Assembly (NCBI GenBank): GCA_001599295.1
Contig: BCGN01000005.1
Coordinates: 806,001 to 870,000 of the forward strand
Reading direction: 5' to 3'
DNA: 64,000 nucleotides
From: Sporopachydermia quercuum
Taxonomy: Eukaryota
Shown here: positions 35,130 to 46,495 of the stretch, piece by piece
Position numbering within the stretch: the stretch's first letter is position 1
Layout: each line of letters starts with the position of its first letter
Translations under genes and position numbers: made by a program
The notes under the pieces: generated by a model
The model's database searches: none
What the model saw: only the letters and a program-made list of their open reading frames with translations
What the model was told of the DNA's origin: nothing

Positions 35130-38100
35130 ATGGTTGAACCACCCATTAGTAACCCAAATTCATCATCAGGAAAACAAACAATATCGGCATCAACAAACGA
35201 ACCAAAAATTGCATACTATGACCCGTTTTCATTATACCCCAAATTACGCCATGAAATAAAATCAAAGCTTCCTTTGACGAATATTCATTGGAAATCAGAA
35301 ACCCGTCCTCTGAGATCAATTCCCACGCTACCAGTACAACTAGTTGAAGAATTGCCAAGTAGCTCTATGTCCAAAGGACCAATGCATCAAATGCCGGGTA
35401 TAGCAAGCGTCCCTTATGTTCAATTGATGCTTTTTGAATGTTCAGACGTTGATACTTATCGNAATGAAGTAAGACCTCTGATTAGAGAATGGTTGAAGAG
35501 AGCAGTGACGAATCAAAGAGATCCAACTGAATGGTTTATCATATTTTACCATAATACCCAAAATAAGCTTAGAAACAGCTTGGTTGAAAAATTCAAAGTC
35601 GATTTTCAAAACGCCAGCAAGAATGAACACAGCGTTGATAGAATTATGATTGTGAGGTCAGACTTTTCATCAACAATGGAAAGAATTGAAGCTTGGAGTG
35701 AATTCGCTGCTAGATTGAAAGATGCATTATTGGCGTCGTTTGGTGATCGCGTTTCTCTGTATGAGCATGAAGTTGCGAAGCTTGAAAATCAAAGAAATGT
35801 CCCCGGTTGGAATTTCGCTAAGTTTTACTCTATCAAAGAATCTCTAGCTATTGCTTTTGAAGATATGTGCTTATATGAAGATGCTTTAATAATTTATCAT
35901 GAGCTTGAGGAATTATTCGAATCTCTATACAGTGAAAATTCACTATCATTCTTTTCGTCCGTTGGATTCGATGAATTTCCAAATTCAATTCACGACTATT
36001 CCACATCATTGGCAAGTAAATTAAGACCTCAGATTTTAGCGAATACTATCACATTGTTTGATTTTCGTTGCTATCTATTCTCCCATCAAGCTAATATGTT
36101 GTTAAACATCAACAGAATATCGTCATCTCCATCAGTTGCATCAGTTCGTTTAGCAGAACTGCTTTTCTCCGCTAGAAAATTTATTGCCGATATGCAAACA
36201 TTGCTATTAGCGGCAGGGAAACAACCAGAAATGGTTTCTCAATGGGTTTACAAAGTATCGAAGGAATTCTTATCATACGGTCAAGAAGAATATAATGAAG
36301 GAATTACTGTTCTTGTTACACCTGATTTAGCTACAGCAAGAGGCCATTTAATCTTAGCAATGAGGTCAGAATTAGTTCGTCTTGCCAAGAGTAAAAAATG
36401 GTCAATCAAAGGTTTAATAGTCAATATTGAAATCCGGCCTTACTATTTTGCTGAAGAAGATGAGTTTACTATTGAATTCGCTGATCTGCAATCTTCATTA
36501 GCATCTGAAGATGCTTTCCAAGCAAAATTTGAAGAATTGACATTGCTTGCAATGAATGAGTTTAAAACTGCTGGTAGCCCAAGACTACTAAATAACTTAT
36601 CTGTTGATGTTGCATTACTGAAATATTATCAAGGAAACTATGAGGAAGCTGCTTCAATGTTAGAAAACCATCATATGGTTTATGATGCTCAGGGCTGGAC
36701 TTTCATTGAAGCCTATTTACTGAAGATTTACTATAACTGTATGAAACTTACAGGTAGGAAACAGAATTTGATACAGTCTTGTTTGCATTTCTTATCAATG
36801 CCCGGTTTCCTTAGTGAAATGGATATTTCTGATGCATTAGCAACTCTTCATGATGTTAGTAAAGATAAGGAACTTCAATTAGAGTATCCATTAGATAGTC
36901 TATTTGAGCTTGAGATTCTACCATATGTATCACCAGCAAATAATAACGGAGATGGATATTATGAATTGGAAGCATTGATACACAATTCGTTTAATGAGAA
37001 AGTATATTTCGATGAGTTGGAGTTAATACTAATTGCTGATTTGCCTTCTGGTATAGAAGATCATGATCCATTATCATCAACAGTTCCAAAAATTATGTTC
37101 AGTTTACTTGATAATACTAGTGACAACTCTAGTGACAATAATCTTAAAGAGAAGTATTTATCACCGGGAAACAATAGGTTTATTCTCAAATCAAGTGAAG
37201 TTGTTATTGGTGAATTCAAACTAGGAAATATCTGCCTGAAAATCAATAACTTAGAACTAATCAAAACATTTAATGGGAATTCAACTGAAAATGAGAAAAT
37301 TTTAGTGTTTCCTGGCTCAGACATGTTTCATGCTCGTGTATGCCAAGCATCAACTATCAGTTTAACTGAAATGGCAATATGTGTAGAGATTTCTACGGGA
37401 CAGGTAGATATTGAAGAAATGAGTATAATAGCGGAACCAGAAACTGGGTTTTCTTTGCAGTATGAAAAGGCCAAAGCTATTTTAGATGACAATGATAATA
37501 GTGGTAATGGAAGCAGTAGTGAAAAGGAAATAATTCATGATAGCGATAGTAATAGTGCAAGTACTAGCAATCCTACTGATTGTACAACTACTACTAATAA
37601 AACAGCTACACCTTTGATTCTGAAATCAATTTCTAAAGGAAAAACTCTTTCAATCAACATCCCTTATCAAACTTCACCATCTAATGAAGATAAATCGGAA
37701 ATAATGGTAGATGTTTTAATCAAATATCATACTATTGATAAATTGCACCACAGTTATCATTTCCGGGACTCATTAGATATGACACTTATGATATCCGTTT
37801 CTGTCCAAGATGTTTTCCGGAATTCCAACATCTTCTCCAGATTTCTTGTCAGCTCTTCAATTAATTCGTTACCAATGAGGATACTGGAAAGTGAATTGAA
37901 AGGTAATAATAAATTCACAGTTAGAAGCCCAAAGAAACAATTAAATATAATATCATTTGAAAATCAACCTGTGGCAAGTATTTTCGCTATTTCGCCAAAT
38001 GAAAATGAGAAATTGAAAGAAAACGATTCATTATTACTACAAGTGAAATATCGGTCATTATCTGATGAAATATTTGAATTGATTTGGAAGTCGTTCACCA

Positions 38101-38798
38101 ATAAAATAAAACAATCGAATAACAGTTTAACTGCTTATTTATTGCTATTGAAACCTATTTTGATAGAGTTCTGTCAATCAGTTGATTTAAATCGGTATGG
38201 TCAAACAGGGTTTATTATTATGGAAGAATTCGATATTACGAGGCCAGAATGGTTGGATATCTTTGTTCATATTCCTAAGCCTTACCGACAAGAAGCTATT
38301 GATATTTTAGAGCATTTTGTTAAAGATAATGAGACATTTGATGATTCACAATTCGTTCATAAATCTGATAGATTATTAACTATATCTGTTACATTACCAT
38401 TATGTCATGTTCTTTATACAATTCAATTTGATTTACCAAATGATCAACAATTTACTGTTGGTAAACCAATTAATACTCAATTCACTATTGAAACCTGCGT
38501 GAATTGGAATGGCAATGAATGTCTACCTAATGACGAAATCTATGAATTGGAACTCAAAACTGTACAGGATAATTGGATGATAGCTGGCAAATGTAGACTT
38601 TCATGGAATATGCAGTCTAGCAAACAATCTGTGCCAATAATCATTGTTCCTCTGAAAACAGGTAGAATTAAATTTCCTGAAGTCAATATTACATCAAAGA
38701 ATGTTAAATCCGCTTTCCCTATTGAGGTTAACTATAAAAACAGTTGTCAGACTGTTTTGATTGAGCCGGAGCTTGATCGGGTTATTTTTTCTTATTGA
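35130..38798 (+). CDS. TRS130: TRAPPII subunit Trs130/TRAPPC10
   Basis: IAYYDPF, LPLTNIHWK, RPLRSI, VRPLIREW, RNVPGWNF..F...KESLA..FE...LYEDAL..Y.EL, ITLFDFRCYLF, and C-terminal NWMIAGK...IVPLKTGRIKFPEV. Confidence 0.92.
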   Translation: MVEPPISNPNSSSGKQTISASTNEPKIAYYDPFSLYPKLRHEIKSKLPLTNIHWKSETRPLRSIPTLPVQLVEELPSSSMSKGPMHQMPGIASVPYVQLMLFECSDVDTYXNEVRPLIREWLKRAVTNQRDPTEWFIIFYHNTQNKLRNSLVEKFKVDFQNASKNEHSVDRIMIVRSDFSSTMERIEAWSEFAARLKDALLASFGDRVSLYEHEVAKLENQRNVPGWNFAKFYSIKESLAIAFEDMCLYEDALIIYHELEELFESLYSENSLSFFSSVGFDEFPNSIHDYSTSLASKLRPQILANTITLFDFRCYLFSHQANMLLNINRISSSPSVASVRLAELLFSARKFIADMQTLLLAAGKQPEMVSQWVYKVSKEFLSYGQEEYNEGITVLVTPDLATARGHLILAMRSELVRLAKSKKWSIKGLIVNIEIRPYYFAEEDEFTIEFADLQSSLASEDAFQAKFEELTLLAMNEFKTAGSPRLLNNLSVDVALLKYYQGNYEEAASMLENHHMVYDAQGWTFIEAYLLKIYYNCMKLTGRKQNLIQSCLHFLSMPGFLSEMDISDALATLHDVSKDKELQLEYPLDSLFELEILPYVSPANNNGDGYYELEALIHNSFNEKVYFDELELILIADLPSGIEDHDPLSSTVPKIMFSLLDNTSDNSSDNNLKEKYLSPGNNRFILKSSEVVIGEFKLGNICLKINNLELIKTFNGNSTENEKILVFPGSDMFHARVCQASTISLTEMAICVEISTGQVDIEEMSIIAEPETGFSLQYEKAKAILDDNDNSGNGSSSEKEIIHDSDSNSASTSNPTDCTTTTNKTATPLILKSISKGKTLSINIPYQTSPSNEDKSEIMVDVLIKYHTIDKLHHSYHFRDSLDMTLMISVSVQDVFRNSNIFSRFLVSSSINSLPMRILESELKGNNKFTVRSPKKQLNIISFENQPVASIFAISPNENEKLKENDSLLLQVKYRSLSDEIFELIWKSFTNKIKQSNNSLTAYLLLLKPILIEFCQSVDLNRYGQTGFIIMEEFDITRPEWLDIFVHIPKPYRQEAIDILEHFVKDNETFDDSQFVHKSDRLLTISVTLPLCHVLYTIQFDLPNDQQFTVGKPINTQFTIETCVNWNGNECLPNDEIYELELKTVQDNWMIAGKCRLSWNMQSSKQSVPIIIVPLKTGRIKFPEVNITSKNVKSAFPIEVNYKNSCQTVLIEPELDRVIFSY

Positions 38799-39607
38799 GC
38801 AACTGAGTAAGAAAATAGAATGGTGGTAATTAAAAGGAACTGGATGAGCAGAGTTTAATTATGCTAATCAAGTATGGGAGAATGGAGATAAAACAATAAA
38901 AAAATAAAAAAATAAAAATAAAAAAAGGAAAGAAAGAAAGAAAAGGAATGCAGGAGAGGAGCCTCCTGATAGCATAAGTTATAGATGTATTATAACCATC
39001 AACATGAACACGATTTGCATAGTATATAGTAACAAACCAGTGATATAATTAGCATAGATTGTTATTAAAATGAAATTGCATGCTGACAACCTAGCACCAC
39101 TAGTTCTATTATTGTTATTCTTTGAGTGTAGATATTACCACTGTTATAATGAACATACTACATGTATATGAATATAGGAATATATTAATATACATTTTCT
39201 CGTATATTCAAACACTTTTGATTGATGCTATTGTACAAAACGCATTCTAATGAGTTTGTTGGTGATTTTTAGTGATATTATTGGTTATTCTGAACTTGTA
39301 TGTTCATATTCATCGTTAGGAAAATGTACGGATATTAATGTCTTGATCCAATGCACTTCTGTTACAGACAAGAAATATCCCGCTTTGAGTTTGATTACAG
39401 AATCTTGAAAGAGCTGATTCTATCAAACTCAAGGTCTTCTTGATCATACATGACAGGATGATTAGAGTACGGGAAAACTTCGTTGTCCGCCTAAAATGAA
39501 ACGGCTAAGTAATGATTTCTTCTTCCTGATCGTGGATTACCTTTCAAGGAAACCACTAGCAGGCCAATTATCGTGAGTAAACTAAAATTCCTATATTTCG
39601 GTAATAT

Positions 39608-40375
39608 TCAGACGTACTCATTTATTCCTTTAGCAATTGACTCTGGATTTGGCTTCTCGGCAGTGAAAACAGGCTCTAAGCCGTTGTTCCTTAAATACTC
39701 TGTTGTGGTAGGACCAATCGACACAATTTTGATCGAATCAATAATTCCTTCTTCCCGCTTGATCATTTTAACAATTTTCTCTGTTCCTGAAGGCGAAAAG
39801 AAAACAATCCAACAGCCAGGTTCAATAGCTTCTTTAACTCGTTTATGACAATCTTCTAATGTTTCTGTCTTATACACTTCAAGCTCTTCTATATCAATTC
39901 CTTCTGCTTTCATTCTCTTGGGGATAATATCACGACGAATCTCCCCAGCTGGGAATAAAATATGTTGATATGTATTTTTCTCATGATGATCTTTTGCTAT
40001 TATGTCTGATAGTATTAATCCATTGCCTGCATTATCACCTCTAACATCTTTGAACCCTAGTCTCCTCATAGCTGTAGCGGTAGCTGGTCCAACTGTGTAA
40101 GCTGGTAATGAAAAAGAATTCTGAAACGAATCTAGAGTCTCTCTCGGTAAGCTTTGCATCGCTTCAACTGTCCTTTGAGATGTGATGACAATTGCATCCA
40201 TATTTCCACCCTTTAGGCGATCTTCTAACTTGTCAAGGTTCTTATATGAGTGCGTGAGCAAAGGTATGAACACAGGATATAGATCTGTTTGTTCTAGCAA
40301 CGATTCGTACTTATCATGAGTCATTGATTTATTTTTTAGCAGAAGCACCTTTTTGCTTAAGTTGACAGATGTCAT
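39608..40375 (-). CDS. HEM4: Uroporphyrinogen-III synthase
   Basis: VLLLKNKS..HDKY, AIVITSQRTVEA, YTVGPAT, AGNGLILS, LFPAGEIRRDIIP, VYKT, WIVFFSPSG, SIGPTT, AEKPNP. Confidence 0.95.
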   Translation of the reverse strand: MTSVNLSKKVLLLKNKSMTHDKYESLLEQTDLYPVFIPLLTHSYKNLDKLEDRLKGGNMDAIVITSQRTVEAMQSLPRETLDSFQNSFSLPAYTVGPATATAMRRLGFKDVRGDNAGNGLILSDIIAKDHHEKNTYQHILFPAGEIRRDIIPKRMKAEGIDIEELEVYKTETLEDCHKRVKEAIEPGCWIVFFSPSGTEKIVKMIKREEGIIDSIKIVSIGPTTTEYLRNNGLEPVFTAEKPNPESIAKGINEYV

Positions 40376-40916
40376 AATAGTTGTAGAACGGCTATTTGTG
40401 GTGATGATAATAGATTAATTATACTGAATTCTAGTTTCTATACCAGTTTGTATTAGAATCCGATGCTATTGGCAGCTGGGAGCTGTTGATGACGATATGC
40501 TAGTGGGAAGATGAAATGAGATTGAAGTTTGAGACTGATGATGATAACTCTGTTTTACAGAAAAAGAGCTGATTATAAGTTTCGCGAGATTTATAATTAC
40601 TTTGACGTCTTATTGATCGTTTAGGAGAAGTAATAGATTGATAATTGTGAAGAAGAATGAGAAGCATAAAGAGGAAAAGAATAGTAAAATGTCACTGATA
40701 AAATAAGATTAATAAATACATGTGTAATTATATGCATAATAGTCCCATTGCATAGAAACATGCATAGAGTGTGTTGAGCTACAAGTTTGTTCAAGGTCAA
40801 AAAAGCCTTCATACTGAAACTGTTTAAAAACTTGAAGGAAATATTTTGGATGAGATTCAATTTGTTTTAAGATTCCTTCACAGGTTATAAAAGCTTTCAG
40901 CTTCCGAGAAAACATG

Positions 40917-40972
40917 CCATGTATGTTCCACCATGTATATTCTACCATGTATATTCTACCATGTATATTCTA
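40917..40972. repeat. 14-bp minisatellite, four copies (CCATGTATATTCTA)
   Basis: One diverged copy (ccatgtatgttcca) followed by three identical copies. Confidence 0.95.
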
Positions 40973-41325
40973 TGTTATTGAAGGTGTCATTATTAAGTAT
41001 CAGAACAGAACATTGAGTTATAAACCTTAATTTCAATTGCCAGAAATGTAAGCTAAGTAAATATGCTAAAACTTTAATAGTTACTCCTATGCACGGTTAA
41101 AAATGTTAATTTCAACATAAAAATAAAAAAATAATTATTGCTCAAAATAATGAGGTTTAAAGCCTAAACTAAATTATAATTTTTGTTTCCTCAAAATACT
41201 TCAAATATCTTCCGTTTCGACGACATTAATCAGTCTTCGTCTAATCTCACTTAGGAATATGCATACTCCAACATAGGTTTTCCAAACAATTTGCTGCATA
41301 AATATGCACGTCTGACTATCTTTCC

Positions 41326-41357
41326 CTCATCAGAAGGATAAGAAATGAAAATTTTCA
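41326..41357. promoter_or_regulatory. PAC-like (GATGAG, minus strand) and RRPE (TGAAAATTTT) elements
   Basis: CTCATC at 41326-41331 and TGAAAATTTTCA at 41346-41357, 110-140 bp upstream of the RKM3 ATG; this is the typical ribosome-biogenesis regulon pair. Confidence 0.6.
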
Positions 41358-41467
41358 ACTTTTAGTTTTGAATACCTATTGCTCTTACTAATCGTTCTAC
41401 CGATAACTATTGGAAAGATCTTCTACCTATGGAATAAATTCTTAGAGTTTTGGTTGTGGTGATTAAA

Positions 41468-43204
41468 ATGACGAAAATTGATAGGCAGCTGCTGCAGTGG
41501 CTTGGAAGCAATAGTGAAGGTTTCGAAATAGGTTTAGAGATAAGAAAATCATCATTGGGAGGAATAGGAGTGTTTGCTACTAAGAAGATAAAAGCAGAAA
41601 CGCAGTTGTTATCTGTTCATAAACACAATATTTTGTCAATAAAAACGTAAGTCTTATATATTTCAGAAAACTGCTTTTGACTCCATGGTGTTTCCAATTG
41701 TGTTTACCAGATTAGATGGAGGCAGACCAGTATCATCNATATGAAACATACTAACACTTACATTAGATGTGGTATAAGCAATATTCTAGCTGATGCAGGA
41801 TTTACTGAGTTAGTCAGCCTTATATTAGCAGTATGGTTTGAATTAGGGCTTGATGAAAACTCTCCTTGGGCTCCTTATCTAAAGTATGTCATAGAAGGTG
41901 ATTATTCATTGTTACCCCAGTTCTGGTCCAAGGATGAGAAAGAACTGCTGAAAGGAACAGAAGCTCATTTGCTTGAAGATTTAGATGAAAAAAGGTACGT
42001 TGAATCTTTTAATGAAAAAGTGCATCCTTTTATTGAGAAAAACAAGGACTATTTTAAAGACATGAGTTATACTACATTTAGAGAGTTAATATGCAAAGTG
42101 GGAAGCAGAGCTTTTGAAGTTGATGCGTATCTTGGACTAAGTTTAATACCAGGTGCTGACTTGTTTAATCATGGCGTTGATCCTGATGTTGTTCTAGAAA
42201 CTATTGATGATGTGTGTACACTTTGCGGTATGATACAGTGTGATCATAGAGAATCGGAAGATGGCTGTCAAGATGGCTGTGGATGTGATCATGAGCATGG
42301 GCATGGGCCTGAGCATGGGGAAGATAATGAAAATGGATGGGAAGATGAAGAATTTGAATCAGATTATAGTGACGACCTTAGTAATGGTGAGCTGAGAATT
42401 CCTAAGGATGATGATATGAATGATCTTGACGATGAGTTTATAGAACCTATAGTGAGAAGTGAAAAGGCTGAAGAGATTGAATGTTGCGACATTGTCTCCA
42501 TACGGCCAATAGAAAAAGGAAATGAAATTTTGAACACTTTCGGAGATTTTGGGAATGAAACTTTGCTTACGAGATATGGTTTTTCTATTTGGGATAATCC
42601 TTATGCAACTGTTAGTCTCGGTAACGAATTCTATCAATATGCATTGAAGCATAAGCTTAAAGGTAGATTTGTTTGGTGGGACACTGTTGGATATCCTTTG
42701 TTTTCTAAAATATTGAAAGAGGAGGAAAGGAAGTATAAACAAAAAAATATGGCAGAATCTGATGAGGAAGATAAAGAGGAGGATGAAATGGATGATCATG
42801 AAAAGTATGATGAAGACGATGAAGAAATAAGCTGGCGGGATGCATTGAGAGTGAATGAATTATGTGAACCAACGCTCATTGCTTTAGCGACTGCTAAATT
42901 GTTAGCTCTCAGTGAACCACATTATGTCAAACTGATGACCAGTACAGGNAAAAAGAATACAAGCTTGCTAGCTAAGTTCCTAGGTCCATTTAGTGATAAG
43001 ACAAAGGAACTCATAGTACACATTTTGAAAATGAGGTTGAAAAAGTACGAGGACGGTAACCTATCAAGTAATGATTATTTAAACATTTTAAGTGATTCCA
43101 ATGAGAAGTCAAAGCTGTCAAATGCCAGGAAAACAGCTATGATAACGGTTGGAACTGAAAAGCTAAAGATTGAAAGGGCNATACATTTCACTTATAGTTT
43201 ATGA
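41468..43204 (+). CDS. RKM3: SET-domain ribosomal protein lysine methyltransferase, 538 aa, two exons (41468-41646, 41767-43204)
   Basis: GGIGVFA, intron GTAAGT..TACTAAC..TAG, SPWAPYL, SRAFEVDAYLGLSLIPGADLFNH, a VCTLCG...C.H insertion and EILNTFG..N..LL.RYGF. Confidence 0.8.
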
Positions 43205-43707
43205 AGATGCAAGCTATAAAAGCGAGGTCCATACTATCTCTATAGTGCGTACTCTTTATATGTGCATAATTAGCATCACCATTACTTATTGTATGAAGAA
43301 TACTATTATTATAACTTCCAATCTTTTACCGTTAGAATGGAGAACAGCCAATTAGACCCTAAGTTTCAGACCCTATTCTGTTGCTAGATCCACATTTTCA
43401 CATAGTGTCTCATCTCATGGATTATTGCGAAGTTACCCGTATATTCATCTATACCAAATAGTAAACAACCTAACAAATCCACCAGTAAACCAATGATTGC
43501 CTTACTGTAATGCATTATTAATATTATCTTGTATATTATCCTACGTTTACTATTTAGTATGTGTTGTATTTTCATATTTCTTAAGCATGGCTGAGTCTAT
43601 TCCTTCAATGTTTGACCAATACGACTGTACCGATTAATCTATTCATTTTTTTAGGACCAGGTTGGAAAGGTAGTCTACCAAGCATATATACACAGCGGAT
43701 AAACAAG

Positions 43708-44356
43708 ATGTACAGACAGGTGATCAATAGAGTAGGAAGAGCCACAGGACCAAGCCTGTGGCAAACCAGCAGAATTCAAAGCAAACTTACCCCTAGTTTC
43801 TCATTTGTAAGATTTTTATCTGAAGAAACTAGGTCTGCTATTGATAATGCAGTCAGCAGCACTAAGGTTGTTCTATTCATGAAAGGAACACCTGAATTCC
43901 CACAGTGTGGATTCTCAAGAGCTACCATTCAAACATTAGGGCATCAAGGTGTTGATCCGGCAAAATTTGCTGCTTTCAATGTACTTGAAGACTCAGAACT
44001 AAGAGATGGAATCAAGGAATATAGTGAATGGCCCACAATTCCCCAATTATATGTTGATGTAAGTTGCTTTTCTCAAACTATTATCATGAAATCATCAAGA
44101 GACTAACATGTATGTTTTTACAGGGTGAATTCGTTGGTGGATGTGATATTGTTATGGCTATGGCGCAATCGTAAGTTAATACTCTTTTTTGTTTAAAAGG
44201 CTGTATTTCATGTTATTCTATGTATCGAGAACTAATATTCAATCAAGTGGTGAATTGACTGAACTTCTAGAAAAAGCTGATGCTTTGGTTCCTGAAGAAG
44301 AAGAACCTAACACCAACACTGAACCTGCTGATGTTAAGCCTGCTGACAGATCCTAA
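43708..44356 (+). CDS. GRX5: Mitochondrial monothiol glutaredoxin, 168 aa, three exons (43708-44058, 44124-44170, 44248-44356)
   Basis: Presequence-like N-terminus, [19 protein letters not shown] and WPTIPQLYV. Splicing restores [11 protein letters not shown]...[21 protein letters not shown]. Confidence 0.95.
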
Positions 44357-44929
44357 ATCATAGCAAAACTTATTGAAAATTCCTACTGTCAACAGCTTAC
44401 AACTAGTATAAATGTCATATATACTTCACGAGAAAAGCTCGCATGATAAGTCATTCTTGAGATGGCAGTCATCTCGTGAAAGAAATAAGTTCTAACATAG
44501 TCGACAACTCGGCCTTGGACTACATGATCTTGATAGCTTATGTGTTTTTCTGTATATAGTTTACATACTCAGAGAATTATATATCACATCCATCAATCAA
44601 ATGAGTGATGGTCATAATCCATTACTCATTCACCATATCTCTAATTGTTTTCTGATTACGTAATGTTAATGACCATTTTTCTCATCAAACTTATTGATCA
44701 CATTATCATTAATGCTTAACCCATTATGGGGTTGAAGAAACTGATATTGATGAGTCAGTTGCCCTTTTATTTCTAAATTCACCTAGCTCGTTATTTATCT
44801 GTTACCCATGTTTGCTTCCTGTTTCTATCTATCAATTGTTCTCATCAACATTAATTCTGTTTCAGAGTCCTCACATCTGAACCGGAGAAATAGAGCCTCA
44901 AGCACAGCTGTGCCTAGATTCATATCAGT

Positions 44930-46495
44930 ATGAAACCTTCTTTAAGACTGTCCCAGACATTGGTATCTTTGAAGAACTCGGTGTTATCTACTTTAACACC
45001 AGCTTCCTCGGTACCTCAGAAAATTTTCCCAGAACCTCAGACGTTAACAATTGATTCTAAGGAGTGCTGGGCAGTAATAGGAACCCACAAAACAAAATTA
45101 CTAGAAGTCTTGGCATCTCAGCATTTGGTTTCACCTCCTTTATCAAGAAAATATCCATTCCTAGCTGCATCCAATGCCTGGCCGAGCTCTGCTATCTCCT
45201 ACCTGGAATTTAGGAACAAGAATACTCCAAAAGTTCATTTATCTGCTAGATTTGAATATTTCAAAGTCGTTGAAGATAAAACACTGAGAGAATTCATGCT
45301 TGGATCTCAGATCAATACTACGGCTGGTTTAGAAGTAGACGAAAAGCTGCTGCGGGAGGTTTTGCAGAAATTACAATTGAATGGAATGGAAGATCGACTG
45401 GTTTTGGGTTTTAGTAACGGACAGACCAGAAGAGCTCGTATGGCGAAAGCCTTAATTGCTGAGCCTAAGATTCTCATTATTGATGAACCATTCCTTGGTT
45501 TAGACCCAAAGGCCAAAAAAGTTGTTTCCGAAGCACTAGGTAGTCTGCCTCCTAATCCGTATTTGATAGTAGGTTTAAGGTATCAAGATCCCTTACCTGA
45601 GTGGATTTCTCATGTGGCTGTGGTGGGAAAGAATGGTATTATAGTACTTGGGGAAAAAAATGCAGTAGAGGAACATGTTACTGAATATAAATCAAAAGAT
45701 GAGGAGTTAGTTTTTTTGAATGAAAAACTTGCTAGTGAAGAGAGAAAACTGAAGAAATCCAAGAGGGTGATAAATAGCGAAGAAAGGAAAGAGAAGCTGA
45801 AAAATGCAAGACCGGCAATTGAGTTCAACAACGCGGAAGTATCGTACAACGGTCAAGAAGTTTTTAAGCCATTGTCTTTCACAATAAGAGAAGGTGAAAG
45901 ATGGCATATTCGTGGTGATAATGGTACTGGAAAATCAACGCTACTGTCGTTAATAACTGCGGATCATCCTCAAGCTTGGAAAGGTAAAACTGCTTTATTT
46001 GGAGCCCCATATAAGATTGGAAAAGCAAATTATTTCGATATCAATGCTCAGATTGGATTCGCAGCTCCAGAAATTCATGCTGTGTTTCCAATGGACAAAA
46101 TGACTGTTTTCGATGCATTGAACACAGGTTTTAGAGTAGGAAGTTTTGTTCCTTATGCTCGAAAAGATTTGAAAGATGAACAAGTGAATGCGATTGAGGA
46201 ATTAATTGAAGAATTTGGTCTAAATGGAGATGATATAGTGTCTGATTTATCAATATCAGATCAAAAAACTGTACTGTTTGNTAGAGCCCTTGTGAAGAAG
46301 CCTAAAGTGGTTTTACTTGATGAAGCATTCTCTACTATGGAAGAAGCAAGAATTGAACAGTGTAAGGATATAATTAATAATTATGATGGAACTGTTCTAT
46401 TCATTGCTCATGAAGAGTCAGAAATTGGTCACTGTGATAAATATATTAGATTATACCCTGACGGAACCTCTGAGATAGGAGAAGTGAGTAACTAA
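44930..46495 (+). CDS. Soluble double ABC-ATPase domain protein (YDR061W/ModF-like)
   Basis: FSNGQTRRARMAKAL...ILIIDEPFLGLD, Walker A GDNGTGKSTLLSLITADHP and VVLLDEAF; no transmembrane segments. Lies just upstream of LCB2, as in S. cerevisiae. Confidence 0.88.
   Translation: MKPSLRLSQTLVSLKNSVLSTLTPASSVPQKIFPEPQTLTIDSKECWAVIGTHKTKLLEVLASQHLVSPPLSRKYPFLAASNAWPSSAISYLEFRNKNTPKVHLSARFEYFKVVEDKTLREFMLGSQINTTAGLEVDEKLLREVLQKLQLNGMEDRLVLGFSNGQTRRARMAKALIAEPKILIIDEPFLGLDPKAKKVVSEALGSLPPNPYLIVGLRYQDPLPEWISHVAVVGKNGIIVLGEKNAVEEHVTEYKSKDEELVFLNEKLASEERKLKKSKRVINSEERKEKLKNARPAIEFNNAEVSYNGQEVFKPLSFTIREGERWHIRGDNGTGKSTLLSLITADHPQAWKGKTALFGAPYKIGKANYFDINAQIGFAAPEIHAVFPMDKMTVFDALNTGFRVGSFVPYARKDLKDEQVNAIEELIEEFGLNGDDIVSDLSISDQKTVLFXRALVKKPKVVLLDEAFSTMEEARIEQCKDIINNYDGTVLFIAHEESEIGHCDKYIRLYPDGTSEIGEVSN

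Noticed and set aside
40917..40972. 14-bp repeats as a CRISPR-like or telomeric array
   Set aside because: Contiguous tandem copies without spacers or a G-rich strand; an ordinary minisatellite.
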